Under the pieces are notes generated by a model. It was not told the origin of the DNA. It did no database searches and saw nothing but the letters and a program-made list of their open reading frames with translations. The translations under genes were made by a program, and so were the position numbers. Shown in pieces: positions 40,890 through 54,640 of a stretch of 64,000 nucleotides of DNA; within the stretch, counting starts at the first letter, position 1, and every line of letters starts with the position of its first letter. This DNA comes from Octopus vulgaris (Eukaryota). The stretch spans positions 82,584,001-82,648,000 of the forward strand of contig OX597831.1 of the NCBI GenBank assembly GCA_951406725.2, read 5' to 3'.

Positions 40890-41279
40890 TTCGTTTTTAT
40901 CTTTTACTTGTTTCAGTCATTTGACTGTGGCCATACTGGGGCACCATCTTGAAGGATTTTAGTTGAACAAATCACCCCAGGACTTATACTTTAAGTCTAG
41001 TACTTATTCTATTGGTCTCTCTTGCTGAACTGCTATGTTACGGGGATGTAAACACACCAACACTGATTGCCAAGCAGTGATGAGGGACAAACACAGGCAC
41101 ATAGATACACACACACATGATAGGCTTCCTTTAGTTTCCATCTCCAAATACACTCACAAGGCTTTAGTTAGCCCAAGGCTATAGTAGAAGACATTTGCCA
41201 AGGTGCCATGCAGTAGAACTGAACCCAGAACCATGTGGTTGGGAAGCAATCTTCTTACAACACTAGCCACACCTGTGCC

Positions 41280-41280
<1 letters not shown>
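40890..41280 (-). mobile_element. SINE family B, near full length (tRNA head + CORE-like region)
   Basis: Minus strand AGGTGTGGCT.GTGTTGTAAGAAG.TTGCTTCCCAACCACATGGTTCTGGGTTCAG..TGGCACCTTGGCAAATG. Confidence 0.75.
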
Positions 41281-41308
<28 letters not shown>

Positions 41309-41312
<4 letters not shown>

Positions 41313-41670
41313 GAGCACTCAGAGAGTGCAAACCTCCACCAGGGCATCACCAACGTCCTCTCAATGATTAGCTGGAGATGATTTTTAAAATGTGAATTTC
41401 TGAAGTAAACTCGACTGCTCTCACAAACGAGTATAATGAAAATGAATCCAGCCTCTCTCAAAATTTAAAACACATGAAAAATAACTCAGAATCCTTGTCT
41501 GGTACCAGCTTGATCCCAAAACCTAACCAGTTTGTGCCAGTCACGAAGTTAAACATCTCTCTAAGTTTCATCTGAATCCATCCAGCAGTTCTTGAGATAT
41601 TTTGTCCATGGACAAACAAACAAACACAACTGAAAACAATACCTCCGCCTTTGCTAAGGTGGAGGTCATA
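41309..41670 (-). mobile_element. Helentron-associated / DINE-1-like non-autonomous element
   Basis: Subterminal inverted ACCTCCACC / GGTGGAGGT; hairpin ACCTCCGCCTT-TGCT-AAGGTGGAGGT at 41641-41666; stem-loop GCACTC-AGA-GAGTGC at 41315-41329; internal (CAAA)n. Confidence 0.7.
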
Positions 41671-41699
41671 ATGATAATAATATTAATAACAATAGTAAT

Positions 41700-41912
41700 A
41701 ATCCTTTCTACTGAAGGCACAAAGCCTTGAAATTTTGGGGTGGGGATTAGTCAATTACATCAACCCCAGTGTTTCACTGGTACTTAATTTATCGACCCCA
41801 AAAGGATGAAAGGCAAAGTCAACCTCAGTGGAATTTGAACTCAGAATGTAGCGACAGACAAAATACCGCTAAGTATTTCAACCGGTGTGCTAACAATTCT
41901 GCCAGCTTGCCG
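41700..41912 (-). mobile_element. SINE family A
   Basis: CCTTTCTACT..AGGCACA..ATCGACCCCAAAAGGATGAAAGGCAAAGTC..TTCTGCCAGCTTGCC. Confidence 0.8.
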
Positions 41913-42733
41913 TGCAATAACAATAATAATAGTAATAACCACAATAGTCAGGTTGTGATAGAGGAAAAGTAGAGAGTGAGGTGGATTGGGGGAGGGGAAT
42001 TGGTCAATAAAAGAATGTAAAAGAATGTAAAAAAGAAATGTTATTAAGCTCGTTAGAGTTCATTAAACATAAGTGATTGTATACAGAGGCAGAGGTGTGA
42101 TGGCGTTGCTAATGATTTCTAACTATAACACACACACACGCACACGTAAAAACAATCACACCAATACTCACTTACATGTACAAACACACATACACAAACC
42201 CACAAAACTCATTAATGATGTTGGGTTTTTTAGGGGGGGGGGGGAGAGGGAGGCAAGAAAGGAAGTAAAAGAAAAAATAATTTAAGATAAAAATTCTTTT
42301 TTTTTTTAACAGAAAATTCTTTTCTGGAGACGAGTATGGCAGCATGATTGAGGGAGAGTCGTATTTTGGGGCTGGGGGAACACACACACACACACACACA
42401 CACACACCAATACATAAACACTGATCAATTTACTCATCAATAATAAATGTTCTTAAAGTTTTTGGTTTGCATTTGTTTTTTTTTTCTTTTTTTTTGTTTC
42501 AATTTTTCTCAACTTAAAATTTCAAATATCAACAAAAAAAAGTTTAAAAAACAAATTCAAAATATCACTCCGCCCCCCCCCCCCCTACCACTCTTAATGG
42601 AACGGAAAAGAAAGGGAAATAAAAATGAAGAAATAGTTGCAACAAGGAATTCTGTTGTTAGAGTCAACAGAGATAGAATTATGCTGGATGTGTGTGTGGG
42701 GCGGGTGGGGGGGGGGGGGTGTTGGTGGAATAT

Positions 42734-42764
<31 letters not shown>

Positions 42765-42909
42765 ACTGTGAAATGTTCATAATCCAAATATTTCACTCTC
42801 ACTAACTCAGTCAGCTAGACTCAAATAGGTACCATGTGTATGACAAGAAATCAGGAATAAACAAATTAATTCACAACAATATCCGAGCATGGATGTTCCC
42901 AGTGCCGCC

Positions 42910-43900
42910 AGACTGGCTCCAGACTGAAGCAATATGAAAGGAAGGTTAACTGGAAAGATAGATTTTGTGTGTGGCAGATGCAATAAACACCAAAGGTTTA
43001 CAGCAAACAGATTCCATCACATGCCAGGGGGAAACCTAGAAGTAGTTGATAGCTTCTGTTACCTTGGTGACCAAGTCAGTAGTAGCAAGGGTGGATGCTC
43101 TGAGAGCATAGCTGCTAGAATAAGAAAAGCCTGGGCAAAGTTCAAAGAGCTCCAACCTCTGTTGATAACAAAGGGCCTCTCGCTCAGAGTGAAAGGTAGA
43201 CTGTATGACGCCTGTGTGCGAACAGCCCTGCTACACAACAGTGAAACATGGGCCATGACTGTTGAGGACATACGTAGGCTTGAATGAAATGAAGTTAGTA
43301 TGCTCTGCTGGATGTGTAATGTCAGTGTCCGTGCATGACAGAGTGTAAATGGTTTAAGAGAAAAATGGGATGTAAGAGGCATCAGTTGTGGTGTGCAAGA
43401 GAGACGAATGTGCTGGTATGGTCATGTGATGGATACGGATGAGGACAGCTGTGTGAAGAAGTGTCACACCCTAACAGCGGAGGGAACCTGGGGAAGAGGT
43501 AGACCCAGGGAGATATGAGATGAGGTGGTGAAGCATAACTTTTGAACAGTGAGCTTTACAGAGGCAATGACAAGCAACCGAGATGTTTGGAGATATAATG
43601 TGCTTGAGAAGACCCAGCAAGTTAAGGGAGATCATAGTTGTTGCCAATGTCAAAGTCACCTGTGCCAGTGACACGTAAAATGCACCATTTGAGCATGGCC
43701 GATGCCAGTGCTGCTGACCTGGCTCCTGTGCTGGTGACCCATAAAAGCACCCACTACAATCTAGAAGTGGTTGACATTAGGAAGGGCATCCTTGCCAGAT
43801 CAGATTGGAGCCAGGTGCAGCCTCCTGGCTTGCCAGTCCCAGTCAAACAGTCCAATCCATGCCAGCATGGAAAGCAGACGTTAAACGATGATGATGATGA
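42910..43900 (+). mobile_element. RTE-type LINE, 5'-truncated
   Basis: ORF 42934-43287 LEVVDSFCYLGD..RIRKAWAKFKEL..KGRLYDACVRTALLHNSETW; WYGHV; GRPR; 3' GACGTTAAAC(GAT)n. Confidence 0.85.
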
Positions 43901-43904
43901 ATGA

Positions 43905-43935
<31 letters not shown>

Positions 43936-45419
43936 GAGTTAAGGAATGGAGTAGATAAGATCCGGTCAACATACGTTTCATAGTGAATGGAACCTTGGAA
44001 GTGGTAAATATCCAAGCAAGGTGCATACCACAGGCTACTCTTCAGGCCAAGGATATAAAAAAAAGAAAAATTATTCACAACCTTCCATCTCAATAAACCA
44101 CCATTGTTCCTGAATGTTGTTTTTGATATTTACTATGGAGTGCTTGAAGCTAACTTTCTTGCTACACCTTGATCCCTGGATCTTATATATACATACATAC
44201 ATATATATGTATATATATATATATATTAGAACCCCTGATCTTATATATATAAATACACACACACACACGCTCAAATATATAAATGTACGTATAAAATGTT
44301 TGTCTGTGATAACATCCAATTCAGGAAAAGAATTCTAACTTTAATTATTTTCCTGACATCTAACAGAGAAATGATTGAAGGTGTACGTGCATGTGTGTGT
44401 GTGTGTGTGTGTAGATGTGTGTAGACACAAACACACCCACACATCATGATTTAATATCGTCAGTGTTGTTTTTTTGATGTAGTCGAACTAAAATTACAGC
44501 TTTTGGCAACCATTCCAGTACAACACGAAGAATCAAAAATAATCTCCATTGTTGCGAGCTTCGTTCTATTCCTCATCACGTTTCTATTCTCCTCCGCATT
44601 TCAATATAATTGACTGGAAAAGTCACATGCGACTAGAGACTGGCCTCTTAGCATTTCAGTGAAGTTAGCAGTTAGAATTTGTCGAGAGACAAAGATTATT
44701 TTAGAAATAATGGGACCAAGCGAATTCTGTTGAAAGCAATAATTTGCAAGTGAGGAGAAAGAGGAGGAGGAGGAGGAGTTAATAAACATTAACAAACATA
44801 CATTTCTCTCTGTTATTCAAGTGAAACGAAGTCCCGTTAGTCTACTAATTGGCCATAAAAACTGAATTAAACCTCTAATAGCATTGATAATTTCTTTCAC
44901 TACTTATTCGCTCTGGCCTTGATGTTTAGAAATTGTTAAAATAGAAGCAAGCCTGTTGCAATATGCGTATGTATATGCATGCATGTGTGTGTGTGTGTGT
45001 GTGTAAGCTTTTATGTAACAGTGTCTCTGTGTGAGCAGGGGGTGGACAGCAAAACTGATAGAATGGCCAACAAAACATCACCAAGTGGTGTTTATTTCCT
45101 TTTATGTGTAAATTTGTTGACCACTCTGCATTATTTAGAGGTAAAATGTCAACGAAGGTCGATATAGTCAACGGTGCTTCAGTTTGGCTGGTTCCAAGAG
45201 TGAAACTGGTAAAAGGATATACTTGGGGCCCTTTGCTATGTCTTCTGGGACCATGCAACTACAGTTGTAAATTTCTTCTCCATATTGCAGATCTGAGCAA
45301 AGATTTTTATGGAAGGCCATCCAGTTGACCATGTATGACCATCATTCCTCCATACTACGAGTATTGTCCAAAGATAATGTCTTTCAAATTGTTGCTGCCA
45401 GATGTGAGGAACATCCCCT

Positions 45420-45950
45420 AAAGTTGATCAAGTAAAGTCAGACACTGGGGGTGATAGGCATTGACTAACCTCCTCCCCTCAAAATTGATGGCCTTCTGCT
45501 TAAAGTACAAAACATCATCATCATCAGCATTGTTATTTTTATTAGGGTGATGAGCTGGTAGAACCGTTAGCATGCTGGGCAAAATGCTTAACACTATTTC
45601 ATCTGTCTTTATGTTCAGAGTTCAAATTCTGCCAAGATCAACTCTGCCTTTCATCCTTTCAGGGCCAATAAAGTAACTGCTAGTTGAGTACTGGAGTTGG
45701 TATAATCGACTATCCCCCGCTCCCAAATTTCAGGCCTTGTGCCTATAGTAGAAAGGATTATTATTATTATTATTATTATTATCATTATTATTATTATTAT
45801 TATTATTGAAGGTGCCAGGCCCTCTGATTTTATTTCCTGAGTTCAAATTCTGCCAAAGTCGACTTTGATTTCATCCTTTTGGAGTCAATAAAATGAATAC
45901 CATTTCAGCGTTATGATCAATGTAATCAGCTAGATCCCTCTCCCTAGAAT
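45420..45950 (+). mobile_element. Three SINE-A pieces in tandem separated by (ATC/ATT)n
   Basis: Tail 45420-45510, copy 45545-45757, truncated copy 45810-45950. Confidence 0.7.
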
Positions 45951-46688
45951 TCATAAGAAAAGCCCTGAATACTGGATTCAAAAGGTTAAATAAATAAGTA
46001 TGAAACTATCCACTTTCTCACCTGCACCAGGTGTGAAGACCATCTCACAAAAGTGACAGACTGGAAGATCTGAGAAGGTTGGTAGAGGGAGGTATAAAAT
46101 GAAATTAATGCAGTCTAGGAACACAAAACCTATCAGATGATACTTCCATATCTAATCCCAATGGAACTGTAGCACAATTAAATACCATTTCTTGCTTAAT
46201 AATAAATTCTAACATATTGCAGCTATATTCCAAGCAATTTGTGATTCTTCAGAGATTTTAGAAATCTGAAGAGAGTTAAGTTTGCTTCTTGAAGGAACTT
46301 GATAGAAATAGTTGACTTTACAATTGAAGAAATAACAGAGTCTCAATAATTTCTGTGTAAAAATCCAGCTGTTGGAATTGGAGAATTTTATAGAAAAAAA
46401 CTTGATTCAAATATTTAAAGAAATAGAAACAGAATTTTTAAAATATAAAGAAAGAAATGTCATATAAATATATAGATACAAGCAAAAAGAAGCCGAGTTA
46501 GAATAGTACACACACACGTACACACACACACACACACACACACCCACACCCACAATTTACTAAAGTAAATTCCTGGTATAACCAATAGGATATAAACTAA
46601 AATAGACGGTATATATAAGGCTGTTGTTTTTATGTGTGTGTGACTATGTTATAAAATGCTTTATTTTAAAAGATGAACAATAGGTAGC

Positions 46689-46725
<37 letters not shown>

Positions 46726-47035
46726 TTGAAATCTGTTGTATTTTATGGTGGCTTTTTACTTTCCATTTGAAGGAAAAGTTTAAAACATTTTCTTTCAAAA
46801 CTTTTGTGGCATCTTTTAAAAAAAAAAGCCAAAATCTGAAACAACTTCTGGTCTGTCCCACCCCCTCCTATGCATCACCACCACCACCATCATCATCATC
46901 ATCAGTACCTATCTACCTTCCTACCCACCCACTGTCACTTACACCAAAAGAGAAAAAATAATGAAAGAAACAAAATTTGTGCAGAGGAGGGTGAAAGGAA
47001 TTGGAAATGAAATTTAAATAAGTCTCTGAGAAATA

Positions 47036-47078
<43 letters not shown>

Positions 47079-47500
47079 ATATGCACACAGATACACAAGT
47101 CAAGCGTAGAATAGATAACATTTTTCTTTAGTACAAAATATTATTGAAAATATTTTTTTCTTTCAAATTGCAGTATTTCCATATTTGTTCTTCTTCCCCA
47201 ACCAACTGTAAAGTTGTATTTGAAAATGGAAACCAAAATCTTCATTCCTGTAAGTTCCAAATCAATAACCCCCAACCCAACCCAACCCAAACCATCATAT
47301 TTTACCTATTTTCCCTCACACTTGGCTGATGCCAATGAAATCATGACCAAAAACTAAGAGTTGCCAGTCTGCGGAAACATTTAGTAAAATAGTCCACTAA
47401 GTTCTCTGACCTTTACTAAAGAAAATAATGGCAACAAGATAGGTGTCCCATATATACATACATAAATACACACACACACACTATATATATATATATATAT

Positions 47501-47571
<71 letters not shown>

Positions 47572-47884
47572 TATGTATATACATACATAAACACACACGT
47601 TATATATATATATATACATACATACATACATACATACATACATACATACATACATACATACATACACACACACATGCACACACACACACACACACACACA
47701 CACGTGTCGAAGGGCCAGGTAGTGAATTTACAAACAGGAGCAAGTTCCACCTGGCAACAGATTAAGCATATAACATCAAAATAGGTCCTTTTTAGCAGGT
47801 TTCCACATAGTTTGAGTGGACTAATTTTCATTTGCCAAGTTTTGGTTAACTGAACAAACAAGTAAACACACACACACACATACA

Positions 47885-47927
<43 letters not shown>

Positions 47928-48299
47928 CAGGTTTCTCTCAGTTTGTGCCTTAAAATCCCTTCACAGGCATTGGTCAGTCCAAGGCTATAGTAGAAGATAC
48001 TTGGCCAATGTGCATACAATGACTGTGTCATAATGTGGCACAGTGTGCCACAATGTGTTTCATTTACAGTTGTTGACAATAATTTCCAGATGAAAGACCA
48101 AGGAATGTGCAACTTTTAAGGACTAAAACATTGTTATGAAATAGGAGACCATAAAATTAAGGTTAACAATACTTGAGCCTTAACAGATTTTAAGGGTTTA
48201 GAAAATATTCAAGTACAATAAGCAGAAGGCCTGAAATTTTGAGGAAAATAGGGAATTGATTATGTTGACCTCACTACCCAACAGTGAGCCTGGAAAAAC

Positions 48300-48600
48300 A
48301 TCTTTCAAGTTTTGTGCCTCACAAAAACAATGGCAAATGACTGAGACTTTTGGCCTTATGTTGTGCATGAGAAGGAAGACCCATCAAACCGAGTGAAATT
48401 GTAGTCATGGCAGATACTGGTGTCACACAAGGGGCACCTGTGCCAGTGGCATGTAAGAGCACCCATTACACTCTCGGAGTGGTTGGCATTAAAAAGGGCA
48501 GCCAGCCGTAGTCACTATGCCAAATCAGAGTATGCCAACTCTGGTCAAACTGTCCAACCCATGCCAGCATGGACAGCGGACGTTAGATGATGAGTACGAT
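48300..48600 (+). mobile_element. RTE-type LINE 3' end
   Basis: CACTCTCGGAGTGGTTGGCATT..TCCAACCCATGCCAGCATGGA..GGACGTTA(GAT)n. Confidence 0.7.
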
Positions 48601-49784
48601 GAAATTGCTCTACTTTTTAGTAAAATAATTGTTTTCCATATTGGAAAAAAGAATGGCAGCACATACGACTATTTTTAGAAACTTCAAGACTGACACTAGA
48701 ATGGCAGAAGGTTATTTTGAAACTGGAGGTCTGGTTTCAATTCTTTATACAGAGTGCTTCACTAAATCTACTGAGAGGAGAGAAATAGTATTTTTTAGTT
48801 CCATTGATGTAGGCATCAGGGGTATGGTATTGGAACAGTTGTGTTCCCTTCTGTTAACCATTTAAGAACCCTACCCTATGTCAGCCAGGTAGACTGCTTT
48901 TACTAAGAATTACAACACAATAACTGTAGAAGACTATGAGCCTTCTGCCTCATCAGAAGATGTTGGCTCAAAAATCGGTTATCTCAAATAAAATGCTATC
49001 TTCATTTGGAATTAAGTGCTGCTATTTTAGCTAAAGTAAGATCTGAATCACCAGTTCATAAATTATAATCTGTTGAAGCTTTTGTCTTTATCAATCATGG
49101 CTTCTGCCATTCCAAATTGACAGTCATACTGTTTTGTGGATGGTAGAAGTTAATATAGCTTTCAGGTTTCGCTTTGATGATGAGAGATGTTATGACAAGA
49201 GACTATCTAGAAGTTGCATGGTGATTAAAGAATGGAAAACGAAAAAAAAAAAAGAAGAAAAACAGACAAGACAAGAAAAGAAATCCCACATCGTTATTCA
49301 GCATTATCAGGAGAGCATAATAAAGTGCCCGAGGTCATTTTGACATTGAAACTAAGCAAAGAGGAGGTGGGTGAAGAAGCCGGTAAGAATATAACCTGTT
49401 GTTGAATAGAGAAGAAGGATCAAAGATAAGGAAGAGGTGAAGCAGATAATTCTTGTCAAGTGGAATCACTGTTGGAAATGTGACAATGAGGAATTACTGG
49501 CAAAGAAATGCTTGCTTGCTGCCGGCATGGAAGGAGAGGAAAGTTCTATGATTAGTCCTCTACAGGGTTGACAAGTTCCAAAGACATAATTATTCTGATA
49601 TCGCAGATTTCATTACTGAGATTTGGTTTTAGGATCTGAGTTTATTTTGTGGGCTGCTGAGATGTTGTCGAGATAGCTGCTTCTTTGAGACAAGGAGAGA
49701 TGTAGAAGATAGCGATTATCTACAACAACAACAACAACAATAATAATAATATAATGATAATAATAATAATAATAATCTACTGCA

Positions 49785-50075
49785 GGACAAGGTAGGAAAG
49801 TTATGGGGCAGAGGGAAAGTAATGGTGATATTGGTGGTAATTGGAGCATTAGGAGCAGTTTCCAGGGTCTTTGAAAAACATATAAAGAATATTGGAGCTG
49901 TTGTCAGGCTCGGATCCAGAAGACAGCATTTTTGGGTACAGTTCACATTCTAAGGAGAGTATTGTCTCTTTGAGTCACAGGAGAAGGCACTACTTGAAAC
50001 ATTTGGTGATTTGGTATTGCCTGCTTTCAAGTAAAGAATAACCGGCAATTAAGAACTATCCAAGAGTCTTTTACA
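49785..50075 (+). mobile_element. R4/Dong-type 3' fragment between AAT/AAC tracts
   Basis: Translates KLWG..VVIGALGAV..IQKTAFLGTVHILRRVLSL*. Confidence 0.7.
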
Positions 50076-50099
50076 ATAACAACAACAATAATAGTAATA

Positions 50100-50320
50100 A
50101 TTCTTTCTATCATAGGAACAAGGCTTGAAATTTTTTTGTGTGTGCACGTGTGTGGGGGTGGGGGTGGAGGCTAGTCAATTACACTGACCCCAGTACTCCA
50201 CTGGTATTAATTTCATCAACCCCAAAAGGACGAGAAGCAAAGTTAATCTTGGCAGAATCTGAAGTCAGAACATAAAACTGGAAGAAATGCTGCGAAGCAT
50301 TTTGTGTGGCAAATGCTAAC
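50100..50320 (-). mobile_element. SINE family A, tail-to-tail with the Dong fragment
   Basis: CTTTCTATCATAGGAACAAGGC..GACCCCAGTAC..CCCAAAAGGA..GCAGAATCTGAAGTCAGAAC. Confidence 0.7.
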
Positions 50321-50547
50321 TGCATACGAGTGGGGTGGGGAGGTAGAGACAGAAGGTGGATCAATGCAATGTTTATATGACTGGTTGTAAACTGCATCTG
50401 CTAACATTATGAAGTAACTCTGAACCCCCAGAAACAGCTGTTGGACTCGTAACACCATACCTTCTCCCCTCTTTCTGTGTTTTTGTACACCGTGTAAGTT
50501 TGGCCTGTTAATCTCTCTCTCTCTCTCCATATGTATATATATGTGCA

Positions 50548-50593
<46 letters not shown>

Positions 50594-52805
50594 ATCATCT
50601 TTATATCTAAAGATGGTATACATACACACATATCTGTGTGTGTGTGTGTGTGAAGGCACACAAATTTCGATTCCTGGACTGAGCATTGTGTTCTTAAGCA
50701 AAACTCTCTATTTCATGTTCACTCAGCAAGCAAAAATCAGTCCTGTCCAGGGTGAGTGAGCAATATTCAGGCTACAGAATCTGGAAAACCAACCTTAGGA
50801 ACATATGGCTCAGGAAGGATTTTTGATCTTTTTTGTTATATATTCATAAAACCCAAGAGATGAGAAATGAATGATTATTTAGAGGAGGAGGAGGAGGAGG
50901 CTGGGGATGTAACAGAAAGGATGAACAGAAACCAACAGTCAAAGGTTTCAGTGAAATAAATATAGATTGTTATTGACTATTATACATATTGTATAACAGT
51001 ATGTGTATGTATATCTTCTATTTTTTAATTATTATAAATCTTCCACTGAGGAGAGAGCCCGTTTCCAACAAAGATACAAGGCTCCATCTTTGGGATGTAA
51101 TTAACACAGGCAAATTCACATTTGGAACTTGAGAGAAGTCTTCCATATTTTTACTGTTCCACTCACAGATTGCACTTGGGGCTGTAAAAGAGATCATCAG
51201 GAAGAGAGTGTGTGTATGTATGCATGCATGTATCTATGTATGTATGCATATGTGTATATACAGACACACACACATCATAGGGTGTCATGGAGAAACAGAA
51301 ATTAAAATGTTCATGAAGCTGGTGTTTTTATCGAGGCAGTAGCCATTGTCATTTTTATGTTCTCCTGAAAAAAATGATGAATTTTGTAGGGATTACATAC
51401 CAATGAGGGATCATTAAAGGTTGATGCAGCGAGTGATGTATGCAGAACAAAAATTATTTTAAATATGCCCCAGCATGGTTAAAGTCGAATGACGGCCAAG
51501 AGTCTGGGTGGGAGGTATATTGAAATTTGCCATTGAGATGGAGAAAGAAGAAAAAGAGATCTTGCAGTAACAATGACTGAAGCTCTCAAAGGAAAGGGAA
51601 TTAAGGGATACAATAGAAGTAAATAGTATGAGATGTTCTGGACAACAGACCTAAACATGTCACTTTAATGAAATTCCCATCCACCCCACCCCCCAACAAA
51701 TATATTAATGTAAGAGACAGTACTAGACAAGATTGCATCAATCGGCTAGTTTTAGATTTATAGGATATCAAGAAACATACCAACCTGATTGACTTTAATT
51801 TTTAATCTAATGCAAGGACGAAAACTCTGATACCTTCTTGCATTATTTATTTTGGTTCTGTGATGGAACCATTAGAGGACTTTTGCTTTACAAAAGGAGG
51901 TGGAGAATTATTTCATAATTCCTAGAAATTATCTCCTATTCTTCTTTAACAGTGGCTAACATTTAATGCCTGGTTTTGATTTTCTTCCTCTAACGAAGAA
52001 CGTTTCAGTTAATTGTGAATTTATTTTTCGTTTTTGAACTTGGTTTGCAAGATTCTTTATATGAGTTCGTGTGTTGAAGCATATTCTGTTGTGTCTAGGG
52101 AGAGTCATTTTCTTTTTTTTTTTTGCCTTATAAAGTAACACACTCACCAGTAAAATTTCCACTTTTTTCTTATTTTTATTTTCCTAAAATTTTCGTTGCG
52201 TCCTTTTCAATAGTTTTGAATTTATTTGATTTATATAATCTGAAAGAACAACCATTTCATGGCATTGCCCCACTTGAATTTCTTCTCTTACTTCAAATCA
52301 GACCTGAGGTTGTGGGGTGGAGAAGGGGACGGACACAAGTCAGTGGGGTATTTTGCAAACACACACACACACACACCTTAGATACAGACACCAATAATTA
52401 TTAATCAAATCGATATGGCATTGGTGTTGATGGTGTTTGATATTTATTCAGTGCATCAGCACTAAATATACTGACTGGTAGGGGAAAAAAAAAACATTTT
52501 GAAAACTATACATGGTTTTTTAAATAGTAAAGTAGTTAAATGTCTCAATTTGTTTTGAATTTTTGTATTGTATAGAGAAATAACATTAAACAGAATGTTG
52601 CTTAAAGTGAAAAAGTAAATAAATAAACATTAGGGTGAAATCTTTCAAGATGGAGGAAGTAGTAAAAAAGAAAGAAATATTCTTGGAACATGGAAAAGTA
52701 GTTTTGTACCATTAAAACATGGAGAACTCAGAGGTTTTATTTCAGTTTTCACTTTGGCTGTCGACTTCAGCACAAAACACTATATTAAAGACATAGCAGG
52801 GAAGA

Positions 52806-52840
<35 letters not shown>

Positions 52841-54059
52841 CACACAAACCTACATAACTATAAACACAAGCACGTTTACTATACATTATGAGAATATGGT
52901 TGGAATAAATCTAATCAAAACCCTTTGTCTTTGACATGTCAATGAAAGAACGGTCAGAGAAAGAGAGAGAGAAAGAAGAGGAACAAATAAGAAAAAGATA
53001 AAAGAAATCTTTGTTGAAACCTTGTCTTTTATACAATAATGGTGATGGAACTACTCTCTCTCTCTCTCCTGTTTTTGAAACTCTCTTAGTAATGGTGAAG
53101 GGAATAAATATACGTTCCTCAATTTAATAGGTTTTTGTTTTTCTTTCTTTTTCCAGTTGTCATTACCTATTTCTATACCTGGGAAAATATATCATCATCA
53201 ACATCAGCATCATCGTTTAACCCCCCCATATTCCATGTGGGCATGGGCTGGACAGTTTGACAAGGAGCCAATAAATCAGGGTCTGCATTGTGCTTTCTAT
53301 GGCTGGATGCCCTTCCTAATGCCAACCCTTTTTACAGTATGGACTGGGTGCCTTTTGTCTTCATGGCCCCAGTATGATTGAGGTCACCCTGTAGTCTGCA
53401 AGTAAAGAAAACCCTGAAGGAGGATGTTGCCATCCGCATGTCTGATGGGGGTTTAGGTATGAGGGAAGAGGTTGGGGTGGAGCAGGTTCATGTTGCAGAG
53501 GAGCCACATGGCTACTCACATTTAGGAGAGAGAGGGAGTACGGGAGGGAGTACAGGAGGGAGAGAGAGAATGAAGAGAGGCATCTGCAAGGAGATAGACA
53601 GTGGTGATGAGGTGTCCAGGTGGCACCTCTGGAAGAAGCTGTAGTGGGGGTGGGGAGAGTTGCAAGAGTGTGTAGCGGGAAGAGAGATGGGGAAGTGGGC
53701 ACCATCTGTAAAGATTGAAGGAAGTGGGTGCGTGAGTTGAGGAAGCTGCAGGGGATACTAGCAGTTTGGTAGGGATGACTACCTTTTGAAAGAAGAGAGA
53801 GAGAGAGAGAGAGAGAGACGGGCAGATGATGTGCTTGGGCTGGCTGCAAGAGATAAAGCAAGAGAAATGCATGAGGAGAGAGAATTGGGTGATCCAAGGA
53901 GGGGGGATGGCCAGTGCAATATAGGGGTGTGTGGAGAAGAATATTAATGGATAAAGAATGGTTAACAAGGGAGATGGCTCTGGGTAGAAAGAGAGAAGAA
54001 TGGTATCAGGAATGGTTGGTTGTGGGGGAGGAGTATCATGAGAGGTGATTGATTACAGT

Positions 54060-54092
<33 letters not shown>

Positions 54093-54095
54093 CAC

Positions 54096-54640
54096 ACTGG
54101 GTGTTCAGACTAAATTTGACAGTTTGCATAAAAGGAAAAGAAAAAAATATTCCATTAAAAAAAGAAAAGATTTTTAAAAAAGTATCAACCTGGATTATGG
54201 CTGGGAGATAACAGTTTACTCCAAGCTGATGCCCTTAGCTTCCACCACAGCTTCAAGATGGTTCTGGAACCTGGCACATGCATTCCTCACTGCATTCTGA
54301 GGAAAGTCTTCAAACACTTCCTTGGCCACCAGCTTGGCCTTGGTTTTGCAGGTTGGTGTCTTTCCAACCGTGGCTTACACATAGTAATCCATGAGATTAT
54401 AACTGGGAGAATTAAGAGGTCAGAATTTGAGTCTGGTGAAGTCATAGAAATTCTCTGACCATTTCCAACTCTTTCTAGAGGTATGCCAAGGTGCCGAATC
54501 CTGTTGCCCCACCTATGGCCTGGCGATAGTAACCCTCCCTTCCCAGCCTGACATTGACTACAGTCTCCAGCAGTGTCACGTAGCCACCTGAATTGAGCAT
54601 CAATCCCTGTTCAAAAATAAGGGAATGAATTCTGGCCCGC
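54096..54640 (-). mobile_element. Tc1/mariner-superfamily relic, DD37D (maT-like) transposase C-terminus with one likely TIR
   Basis: Minus-strand frames give IFEQGLMLNS..YVTLLETVV, QQDSAPWHTS, SENFYDF, NSP..N.MDYYV, NACARF; about 37 residues between the second and third catalytic D by manual reconstruction across a frameshift. Confidence 0.7.
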
